A stretch of 64,000 nucleotides of DNA from Lepidodermella squamata (Eukaryota; Animalia; Gastrotricha): assembly GCA_047495785.1 (NCBI GenBank), contig JBLDXI010000015.1, forward strand, positions 4,774,001 through 4,838,000. The letters are read 5' to 3'. The notes beneath the pieces are model-generated. The model was not told the DNA's origin. It saw only the letters and a list, made by a program, of their open reading frames with translations, and did not search any database. Positions 51,153 to 62,482 of this stretch are shown piece by piece (the stretch's first letter is position 1; every line of letters begins with the position of its first letter). Made by a program: the position numbers and the translations under genes.

Positions 51153-52620
51153 CAACACATGAATTAGTCGACGAAAATGAAAAATTTGAAAAATCGGCCA
51201 TCGGCCTCCCCTTATGAAATTCAGTAACTGGCCAAACCGATTGCTATCAGAGGTTTTGGGGTCAGTTGATTAGAATTTAGGTTAAATGCGATGCGGAATT
51301 CTATGAGTTTCTATGAGTTAGGAATAATATAGAAAAATGCCAGCGAGAGGGCAACAATTGTAAGGTTTCTGATAATAGCGTTGTCTTAAGCTAACCACAC
51401 ATGATTCGAAATGCACAATTCATGCCCGCGAATTGGTGGAATAATTTGTGACATATTTCCAATATTTTGCAAATTAATTAATGGAAGTGAGCAAATAATG
51501 ATGCTTTTAGGTGCTGGTCAAAGAGAAAAAACAGTGATATGTGTTTGCGGAAAATCATGAAAAATACCAGGAATGGCTGTAACAGCTACTTGCATGTCTT
51601 AGGCGGTACCCTAGCGTCTTGGAGATTAAAACTGATGTAAAGTTGCCTTGAGAGTTATCTTATCGTCAACTTATCAGGAGCCGATATGGAGTTTCAAGGT
51701 GGGATTTCTGCGCTATGCAGTGCTTTTGGCAAAAAGAGCTGCCGCATGAATCATTGATTGAAGAAAAATAAGGGACAGGTCTCTTTTGGAATGTTGGGGT
51801 TGTTGTCGGTTGATATACGGCTGCGCCTGTTAATTCGAAAGCTGCTGTTTTTACTATTATCTTCCATCATTATTTGCCATCTCAATTCTTGACTGAATCT
51901 TCTTCTATTTATACAAGCGAAGGCAAACGGGTTGTCTCTCCGCCGCATTGATTTGGCGATGATATCGTTTCTTTCCGAACGGTGAAACGATGCGGTTTCA
52001 CAAGGTACAAGGTACAAGGTATATTCATGGTATATTCGGCTCAGAAAATTGGCCAAAACTTCACTTGTTGCCGAAAACAAAACCGTAAAATGCTTCTAAA
52101 ACATGAGGCCGACATTTGGAATAGTTTGGCAGACAAATGCGCTCTGCCAATACCTTTTCAACCTGGTACATACTTAACGTCAAACTCACCGAGCCTGCTG
52201 ATGAGTATGTGTAAGGTTGACTTTTGGCGTTATTAGTCTCATGGTCATGCCTACCGATAAAGAACTGATGCACTTCTTTGCTTGCAAAAAATGCCGGATC
52301 CAATTCTATGCGATCAATGATTAGTTAAATAATAATGAGCAAAGCTTGTTGGCAATTTGATGCACACAGGTAATTTTATGATCACAAGAATCGATTTGGA
52401 CAGTTCTCACCCAAAAATGCGCAGAATAATTCTGACAAAAACTATCAATCGAATTGTGACATCAGACATCATACATTTCTCCCCACTATAAAATGTGCCC
52501 ATTTTTAGCGTAATTGCAACGCTAGCTATTGCCAATCAAAACTCGCACCCGTGTATTGACAGTGACGGCTTCCCAGGAGCTTATGCCGTCGACCAGTAAG
52601 TTTTATTGCTACGTTAAAAA

Positions 52621-53867
52621 ATGTCAGATACTAAAACTAAGCGTACCGTGCGAATATCACTAGCTTACAGCAAAAATGGTTCAGAGAAGGCAGAATCGAC
52701 GAAGAAAGCCGAAGTTAGCAGGCCACCTGCCAAGGATCGCCGCGCCGACAAGGTGGGGAATCGTGCTTTACGGATGATTGAGGCTGTTCTAACCTACGTT
52801 GAAGCCAACGCCCTGGAATACGATGGAGTTTGGCTTGATGATGGTAGAAAATAGCCTTTTTAAAATTACGAGTGCAAGTTGGGATTCTTTAACAGGCAGT
52901 GAGGAGGTGTGCGAAGAATTTATGCGTCAATACCTGGATGAGGAAAAAGACATCGATCCTCCAAGTTTCAACTCTAAATATCCGACGATGCGAATCTCTC
53001 AATTCCCGAATATTGTGCGAACTTACTTGATAAAGTATGTTGTTTTGTGAAATTCATTATTATTCTGTAAAATTACATCATTGAAGGTACGCAAATCCCA
53101 TGTTTCCCCCGGCAGTCCTACCCAACGTTTCGATAATATCGATGTCGCCAAACCAGCTAACATCAGCTAACGGTCAAGTGTTAGCTGTACACCTGGAAAC
53201 ACTTGGCGAAAGAAAAGTGACCAATGCTGATGGAAAGACAAAGGGAAATGGGAAAAAATCTGAACCTCAAGAGGAGGAGGCAGTGGCTAAAAAGCCTGAA
53301 CCACCGCCTGCAGAGCTTCTCAATTCAACTGGGCTCAAGTTCGCTCAGGCTCAAAGAATCAAATCATTCCTGACGCCTTTTGAAGAGGCGCTTCTAGCTA
53401 GGATCCTTGTTCACATCGCAGCTTTGCACCATCGAGCTTGTTTTAATGGTATGCGATTAATGCTAGCCTCGTAATATTCACAAAAATGTCGGGTTTTAGG
53501 ACTAGTTTGGAAACGCATCGGTGTCGCGTTTTCATTTCTAATGCGAGCGACGACCTCCGATGTAAATCAACAAATCAATTTTACCGCCAAAGTCGTCGAG
53601 TTTCTTATCACCAACATCGATCAGCTGTTCGATCATTCTGTATTAGAACTATTGGACGAGGCTGCTGGGAATGATCCTGACTATGGGGCCATCAGGTTAT
53701 CAGTTCTGGCAAAAGAAACTTGCCTTCGAGCGAAATATCGCCTATTTCCCGGCTCACCAGCTGCTGTTCTACTTGCTAAACTACGCCAGCGCCAACGCTT
53801 TTTGAAACGCAAGGGCGCAGTTGAATCGGCAAATAACAATAACATCCCTTGGGTAGCTCCCCCGTGA
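52621..53867 (+). CDS. Divergent RhoGAP-fold protein; 4 exons
   Basis: The spliced sequence follows the RhoGAP helix pattern: IEAVLTYVEANALEYDGVWLDDG, PNIVRTYLIK|YANPMFP, EALLARILVHIAAL...N|GLVWKRIGVAFSFLMR and KVVEFLITNIDQLF. Confidence 0.65.
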
Positions 53868-54276
53868 TCGCTTTGAAAAACTTAGAGAAATCACAATTTT
53901 CGCTTTATTTATTCTACTCACAGACTTTTTAGCCAGACACCTGGGATGACGCAATAAGACTTTACAACCGATTTCGTTAATAAAATTTCAATATAGAATA
54001 ATCGCCGTCTACATCAGTTACACGAAAAAACAGTCAACAGAACAAGCCGTCGCCGTTGTCAAATAAATAGGCGTTGGCGCGACAAAATGTATACATTCTA
54101 AAGGAAGAAGGTTCTTGGAAGCTAGAAACAGGATCGCGTCAAAAGACCGCTATATAATATACACACAGACACAACTATTGCAATTGATCCGAGTCTGGTA
54201 AACATATAGCATGTTATTTACATGAGAAATAAGATTTTTCGATGTGTTGGAATGAATTATACTGCCGGTGTTGTTC

Positions 54277-55822
54277 TCAGTGAGATGGCGAGTTGGCGGA
54301 GTCGGGCGAGGCGCCTCGAGACGGGAACACCATTGAGTTGCCAACGACTTGGCTCGGGTGCCGAGATGTGCGCTGAGAAACGGGAGTCAAATGTTCGATT
54401 GAAGACGCGCCAGGTTGCGCGGTTGACGATGAAACGGTCGCGACCATGCCTGGGTGGCGGCTTCGAAGATGCCGGTCGAGATCACGACGCCGCACAAGCG
54501 ATTTGCCGCAGAACTTGCAAACGAACGGAGATTCGACTTGCGCGTGTAGACGGAGATGTTTATTCACTGAAATCGAGAAAAAGTTACATAGGATCAAAAT
54601 GAAAGAAATCAATATAGCAACTTACAGTTAGAAGGATCGCCGAATCGACGATGGCAGTAACGGCATTCTAGCGGGCGATAGCCGGTGTGCGTTCTCAGGT
54701 GGATCTTCAGGCCGTATTTTCGCGAATATCGCTTACCGCAGAAGATGCAAACGTGCATGCAACTGGAGGTTGGCGAGCCGCTGGTCGGGCAGTTGTTGGG
54801 CGAGATCGTCGTCATGTCGTCGCTGCTGTTCAACGCGGCCGATGACTTGGCGCCGCATTGCTGTTGCGCACGGTGAAGCGATGCCTGCTTGTGAGACCAG
54901 CGCGTGTTGGCCAACTTAGCGTAGGCAGGTAGGCACTCGATCGGCTCGCCTTCGACAATCATTCGCTCGCCATTGGAGAAGTTGACCGCCGAGACAACGC
55001 GACGATGCGGCGTGCGGTCATGCTGGCTGATTGTCGGCTTGGCCTCGTCAACAGGCGTCGAAGCGTTCGAAACAGCGGTGCGGCCGTGCTTGCTCGATCG
55101 AGATGTCGTCATATCGGTTGGCGATACTTCCGAACTAGTCGACGGTGCGTTGTGCTGATCGTTCGGCGAAACGATTGGCGAGAAGTCCATAGCAACGTTA
55201 TGGTCAGTCGTCGGCGATGACGTGTTAGCACCATCAGACAGCAACAACTGGTTGCGAAGGGCGACTTGTTGCTGCATTAGTAGCGCGAGAAACGCTTTGG
55301 CTGCCGGGTTCAACTGCTGTTGATCGAACTGTTGTTGCTGCTGCTGGTGAAGCGAGTTGGCCATCGCGGACAGAAGCAACGGCTCGATGCTGATCAACGG
55401 CGGACTGATTTGTGGCGACGATGCGACGCTTGGCTGGCCGATAGGCGTGATCGGCGACGGCGGTTCCGCTCCAGTTGGAGTCGGTAGGCCGAGGCGCTGG
55501 GCGATTGACTGCAACTTGGGCAGAACAGCCGGGTGTAGAACAAACGGCAGACGGCCCATGTCAGCGCCGAAACCGCACAGCATATTCGATGATAGAGACC
55601 GGTTTGATAAATTACCTACAAATAAAATGTATGATGTAAAGTAAACCGGATTAAATGACTAAGAGATTAGATTTCACTATTAAGATCTCATTAAGACAAG
55701 AATCAGGAATGATAATTTGCACCTAGCATAGGTAGCGTTTCACTGAGCGCCTCTGAATAGCGCCGCTGCCATCTGACGGTAACCCGCGGCGTGGCAAATG
55801 AGCGCGTTACAGTTGCGCACAT
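54277..55822 (-). CDS. PRDM13: Prdm13-like C2H2 zinc-finger transcription factor; 3 coding exons
   Basis: It carries the diagnostic Prdm13 finger cluster CIFCGKRYSRKYGLKIHLRTHTGYRPLEC..C.RRFGDPSN|LNKHLRLHA...CKFCGKSLVRRRDLDRHLRSRHP. The start is inferred at 55822, with 55583 as an alternative. Confidence 0.88.
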
Positions 55823-57990
55823 GGCGTCGGGCGACCAGAACCCGGCTGCCGAACAGCAATACCGAGAGCTGCTGAAGCTTGACGGTCCTTAAGTGTCTGG
55901 AAGCGTGGCGAAAAGAAATGAAATGAATGTTATCCAGGCGTCAAAAGTCTGTTATTAAAACAGCAAGCGGCAGCGGCGACGACGGAGGCGAGGAAGACGA
56001 AGAAGAAGAAAAACCAAGCGCGACACGGGGTTGATCGAAGTGCAACGAAGCGGCAGAGCTGGCGCTGTGTTTTATAGACCAGGCGGCGGCGGCAGTTAAA
56101 TCACAGCGCGCGCGCCGGATGGGGCGATGAGTGTAATGATGATTGTTGTTGCGATCGCACGGTGAGCGAAGGTAGCAATGACGAGGCTCGAAAACTCCTC
56201 GAGGCGGTTTGACGGGTGTGTTTGCGCGCCGCTCGTGCGCGTCAAGTCTTAAGTATATCGCATTAAGACGATGATGAGATTGTAATGAAGAGGCGCCCGG
56301 CGTACAGTTGATCAGGCACGAATGTACTCTGTATCGCCAACGATTGTTTGGCCGCAATTTGTAATTTTACGCACTTTCACACCCATGCCGCCAACAATTT
56401 AGCCGGTCGACTGCGCCGGTATTCACGCGCTCGTCTCTAAACAAACGCGCGTCGCGTTAAACTAATGCCAGCTATTAATTTCCTATCCTGAGCTCATTTG
56501 ATACGCCTGGATGGCTTTTACAACACTTACTCGCAAGTGTGTTTAGTGAGTAGGCAAAACACCATCACGAGTTGGACAATTTCTTTTGTAGTAGTCGTAG
56601 TAGTAATAGTAACGAGTCAGGTGAGGGGGCCCGGGCGGCGTGTAAGAAAACCACAGCGACTTTGTGGGCGTCGATACCATTTACGGCGGTGTTGGTGGTG
56701 GGTGCACTTGCAATGCGCTCGTATGTCGGGTGTCTCATCATCATCTGCCGACGCGCTGCGGTTAGCCGGCGACAGATTGCAGTTTAATATACGGGACGTA
56801 CGAGTGCGTTCTCGTGTGTGGAAAAAACGCCACGGGCAAGAGACGTGCGTAGAGGCGGCACTCGGTGACAATAAATAATGATATGGTCGGCCGCCTGGTA
56901 AAGTCGCTTCTTAGTAGCTGCTGGCCCGGCGAACACACCTAATTTTGTGTATCTCCTAAGATAATAACATGGCGCGGTGACCGAGAACCGGTGGCGGGCG
57001 CTTTTTTGATGTAGAGGGCGACAATTCGATTCCGCGCGGCGCGTTCATCTGTGCGGCGGCTGACAAATGATGCGTCGCTGCGGCGTAAAATAATTATTCC
57101 TTATTACTGGAACAATTGTTGGGTATTATTAAAATAAAGGTGCAAACAGTGTAGGAACGGTGTAAGATCAAGATTACTCACGCCTGACAGTAGTATATTG
57201 CATTAACGCTAGGCAAGTGCTAGTTCGCCTCCTTCTTGTTTCGTGATCCCGCCCGTCCGGCCGCCGCCAACGCCTCGCCTCCGAAATTACTCTCTTGTCG
57301 GCCCACAGCCGGCGGCATCGTGCGCCCTTCTCTACCTACCTGTCGCCTGGGAGAGGCGTTGCCGGGTAATAACAATATAACAACCAGTCCAACGGCGTGT
57401 CACCCCGGTCGTCTTTGAAGTCGGCCGGCCACGGCATGCCCCGTTCCGCACTTGCTTAACACCTTTTCCGCCGCTCGCGTGCAACACCTGTAACAAGGCG
57501 CGCGCGCAATGAGATCGCGAGGTTCTCAAGTAGCGCGTCTTATTCGAATATTATTAGGCGGATTGGGCGCGCCTTAATCTTCTCTCAAGAGGGTAATAAC
57601 AACAATAACAGGTCATCTTCGCCAGGCCACCAATAACCGCCGGTTCAGCCGCCTTTCATGTCACACTGTTCGTCGTTGCAAAGAAAATTTTCAAATTTAT
57701 TTTCAAAATTTCGAAAATATTATCATATCGTATTAAAATGTATAATCATCGGGGATGAAAAACACAAAACTTGACTCGGTAAGGGTGGCGACAATGTCAC
57801 ACAGGGATAGGAAGGATCGAACCGGTTGTAATAATCATATTTTAAGTACTTGATAAGGCGATATACTAAGTGACATTTTTGAAGTTACACAAAATGATTG
57901 ATTGAAAATTGGATCTGCTAAACTTTGAATGGCAGCAGATGCACATCGTGAGGTATTAATTAGACACTTGTTTGTTTCACAGGTATAACA

Positions 57991-59364
57991 TTATTGCGTA
58001 TGGCACTGGTTCTGCTGAGCTGCCTGACGGCGGCCTTTCTTCGCCCTTTTGTCCACAAGCTTGGATTGCTTGACGGCTCGGCGCAGCATTCTCTGGCGCT
58101 GGCGCTGATGAGCTGCTGTAGCTGCTTCGCCAAGGCTCCAGTGCTGTTCGAGATGATTCAGAACAAGCGTAGCTAAAAGATCATGAACCTTGAAACCTGC
58201 AAATTATTTTTAATACCTTAACAAAAACAAATAAATCCGAGGTTATACCAGTGGCAGCTGAGACTTCGCAATAATGAAGCGATTCGCAGGTAGTTATTTC
58301 AAGCTCGCGCGACCACGTTTTTGTAACCAGTAGCTCGATATCTTCACGACGAGGCAGCGATTTGGCGCGCGGAGCGTCAGCTTTGTTTCCGACGATGAAC
58401 AACGGCGGGCAGTGAATGAGCGAGTTTTGCTCAGCGGCAGTGATGATCGCGCTTTTGACGCGCTTGACGTAGTCGAACGACTCGGGGCAAGTCAGGTCGA
58501 ATGCAAGGATCATCGCGTGGCAGGTGCTGATGAACGGAAACCGGAAGCTGTCCCACTCGGCGAGTTGGTCCGTAGGCCATGAAGTCAGCATGGGCGAATC
58601 AAAAAAAGTCACATAGCAACAAGTCCGCGGAGTCACAACGGCCGTATGGTATGGTTGGCCAGGGAATCTCGCCTTCGGGCGTATGATTTCCTTGCCGACG
58701 TTGACCTCTAACCGATCGTTTTGACTCAAGCACTCGGCCAAGCCTGTAAGAAACACATTTAAATTTAAAATAAACCTAGCTAATTTTGTCAACCAGCCAA
58801 AATTGAAAAAAATTGATGACATTTAGCCAAGCGAAGAATTGAATTAAAATTCCAGCCCGACCGCAAATTAAAAGAAAGAGACCTGGGAAACTTACATGTT
58901 TTGCCAACACGGTGCATGCCGGTTATGACGACGCGAATGTCGACGCTGTCGCCGTCCAACAGGCCAGGCGATTGCGCCGCAGCGGCACCAGCCTGCGCCG
59001 CCGCAGCCGGTAATCCCACACCAGACACGTGACGTGGGGCGACTGTTGCCCCTGCCGCAGTTTCTGTAAGTCCATCTTCACCATCCTCGGCCAGGGTCTG
59101 CAAGGCATGGCTGGACTCTTCGCTTTCGCCGGCGCCGCTCATCGTCTCGCGCCATTTGACGCGAATCGACGGTCGAGAGTGGCGCGTGGCAACCGCACTG
59201 TTGCTATCGGGCTCGATAACAATCGACGGCGGATCGCCGAATTCGCTCAAGTTCGTCGGACTTCTCATTGCGGTTTTGCGATGTGCCGGTGACAGCGACA
59301 TGCGGCGAACCGAAGAGGCAATCGGCAACTGCTCATCATCTGTGAAATTGCCGCTATTAGGCAT
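57991..59364 (-). CDS. RASL10-like small GTPase with N-terminal extension and CaaX box
   Basis: G1 is GMHRVGKT and the atypical G3 is FFDSP...WP...EW. It also has AFDLTCPESFDYVK, G4 VGNKAD, LVTKTW and G5 EVSA. The spliced last exon ends in a polybasic stretch plus CHTQ*. Confidence 0.8.
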
Positions 59365-60123
59365 GTATAAGTAATACTCGTCTAGAGCCAAAAAAACAAA
59401 ATCGGAGCATGTCACGCTATTATACCGCAACGCAATTTATCCCATTTCGCGCACCGCTAAGCAAACTTTGCCCGTAAATATACAAGCTAAAAAGGTACAA
59501 AACGCAAAGACAGCCGCAAGACAAAGAGAGGAAACATGATGACGATAAATCGCTGATGAGCTCAGCGGCATCTTCCGAGCGAATTACAATGTGTTGTTTG
59601 CGCTGGCGCGTCGCGGAGTATCGATTTTCGCGATGAAATAATCATTTTTTCAGCATGGATATACCGCGCTGCGACGACTTCCCTCTCTCTCGCACCCTGC
59701 TCTGATGCTGCTGCTCTCTTCTGTCTCTTTATAGCACAGTCATCATCAGTGGTAATCATCATGTGTTCGACGTCGCCGCAAATGCGCTTGTCGCGATAAC
59801 AAAATACGAAAAAATAATAATGCAATTCGCATACGTGTCCGATCGGCGTTTTTTGTTATCGGAGAGCCTCGCGCTCATGATAATAAAAAAGCGATGATAG
59901 ACGGGTATAATATTTGCGCACTTCCGATTTGTCACGCTCCGTAGTAGTAGTAATTTGCATAATAAACTTACCACTCAACAGCCGATGATGAAGGAAGACC
60001 TGAAATTTTCACAAAAACAAACATTTCCCGGATGAAAAGACAGGCGAAAACAGAAGATCAAACACTTTTTGTTTTTATTGCGTAATTTCATGAATTTTTG
60101 ACAGCATTCTCTATAATTTCAAA

Positions 60124-62482
60124 TTATCGGCACGATTCCAAGTATTCTCTCTCAAATGAAGAACCTGCCGATGCGCGGTTAACATCGGCGGTGGATGAAG
60201 CCAACGGGGAAGGCGTGTTGCTTCTCAAGTTTCCTGCCGACCCGTTGCTGGCCGTCAAACTGTGCCGTGGAACGATCAGCGGGCTGTGGGGGCGATGCGG
60301 CACCGGGGTCGGGGCGTTGGCTGCATCGTGCCGGCTTTGGATCAAGTTGTGAAGTCGAGTTAGCGATAAAAGGCCAGTGTAAGTTTTGCCGCGTGGAATC
60401 AGCCCGTCGTTCAGGTTGGCGTCGCTGCGCATGCGCAACGATTGTTGGCGCAACAGTGGCGTCACGTCGCGGCCATGACTACGGCTAAGCCCAGGCACGG
60501 CAAGACTCGTCGATGTAGTTGTTAAGGCACCGGGCCCACTGACCACGCTGACTTTCGAATCGAGGCTAGGCTGTGGCTTTTTTTGGTAGCATAACCGACC
60601 ACGCCGGACATCACTTCGGCCTGATAGCAGCAATTGGCTATCCTCCAGCTTTGTCGATTCATTCGATTGTTGTTGAACTGTTACTGACGAGCATTTACCC
60701 TCGGATGGCGGCGGCTCTGAAAAATCGAATGAAGCGACATTAATAGGGCAGCAGTAAGTAAGATTCAAGCAACGGGGAAGGCTGATATAATAGCAAATGA
60801 AATGACAAAACTAGATGAGTAAATGAAAAGGCGAGCGATCACGGGAATAAAGCACCACAACAAAAGCAGCTGTAGATACTGAAGCGATTGTCTGACTAAA
60901 TAACGGGGTTAACAAAACCAACCTCTCTACGGACAGATGAGCGTGATTTGGGTGTAGGCTTAAGCTCCAGCCTCACCGGCTGTAGAATTTTGCCTAAATA
61001 GGATGAAATTTAGTCTGAGTTCATTTGAAAAATTGCCTAACTACGATTTATTTCGCCTGATATAAAGAAAGAAGAAAAATCAATTTGTTCAATTTCCATT
61101 CCGTGATATTAGCCTTGCTTCAAGAGATGATTTCGAGTAGTAACACTGAACCCTCTTGCGAACCCTTGGCCAAGTTCCCAATCGTTTATTTCAAATAAAA
61201 AAATAGCAGTGCGCATCAAAAAAACTTGAAAATTTTCACAAAAATGAAAAGCTGCTTTTAAGATAGATTTTCAAGATTTTCAAGATTTGATTGGACTGGT
61301 TCAGAAGCTGGATGCAAGTCGGAAAACATGAGGACGTGGGCAAAGCGGAAAATGAGAAAAAAACTTATCAAGGATTAAGTGATTTTAGATTACCTGCATT
61401 GAGCCTTCGTCGAACTTTGCACATCTTTATGAATACCAATAAAATCTGATTAAATTCAATACAACTATAGGTTTTAACTTTGATATTGGGAAAGCAGAGG
61501 GTAATCTTTCGGCGTGGCTAATCTCAACTATTTATACGAAAAAGAACCGGTAATATTAAAAAATGATCAAGTATTAACCTGGTGTGATATTTTCTTGCGA
61601 ATTGGGCGGCTTGTCATATGACCAGTAAGCTGTGTCTAAGTTGTCGAGCAAGTTGTCCGTCACCGGGATAAGTTGATGCGCCGCTGAATTCGCGTTGAAA
61701 AGCTCATTTTCATCGCCGCAATCCACAGATTGATCGAAGGCACTCATAAGAACCCGTTTGTTGTTCGCTTCACTTTCCGACGCCAGCGAAGCATCGATCG
61801 GGGCCATCTGCATACTGCTCATCTCCAGCAAGCGGGCTGACTGGCTGTTGTTGCTGCGTTTGAAAGACAATAAACTGCGCCGGCGTTTTATAGAACCGGT
61901 TGGGTTGAGTTGCTCCGTGCTGTCACTGAGTTGGTGCTTCAACTGCGAGCACGTGTACTCGTAGTTATCAGCCACTACTTTCACCTGACCCGGGCCTGCT
62001 GGAATGGCAGTGATAGCTGAATGTGGCTTCGTTCTCAGCCAAGTTATGTGACGTTTATCCGCGTTTCTGCAGTGAAAATACAGCGATATGGAAAGGACGA
62101 CGAGGCAAAATATCAAAAAGCCGAAGCCGAAGAAGGGAATGGGTAAAATGGAAATATCGCTGTTGCTAATATCAGTAGCATCAGGCCGGGCTGTGAGTTC
62201 GGCAGATGCAGCTCGCAGTTGGAGTGGAAGCCCACCCTCAGCAGGGTAGTAATGTACAACGGTTGACCGAGTAGGACTGACTGATATCGAAGTTTCAAAG
62301 GCCTGAGCCATAGCCGATGAAACGGTCATAACGGCACGGGCGCGTTGCCGTGAATTGGCCGCTGCCGATTTTTGACGGGCTCGTCCAATTCCAGTTCGAT
62401 TAGCTTTACTCGCCTTGTTGTTGTTCAAACCTCGGCGATAGTTGGCACTACTTATCATATCGACCTCTCCTCGGTCGCTCAT
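60124..62482 (-). CDS. Uncharacterised single-pass membrane protein with a long Ser-rich cytoplasmic region; 2 exons
   Basis: The 302-aa ORF has one TM helix (ILPIPFFGFGFLIFCLVVLSISLYF). Its phase-1 donor (CCAG|gttaat) is compatible with the acceptor ttttcag|AGCCG near 60718 of the 214-aa ORF. Confidence 0.55.

Noticed and set aside
51751-52303. Short ORFs of 80-109 aa
   Set aside because: There are no recognisable motifs and no convincing splice chain.
55941-57529. GC-rich short ORFs upstream of Prdm13
   Set aside because: They have no protein-like features and are more likely UTR or regulatory DNA.
61385-61430. Candidate 31-nt exon inside the orphan gene intron
   Set aside because: The acceptor is weak and inclusion would shift the frame relative to the next exon.
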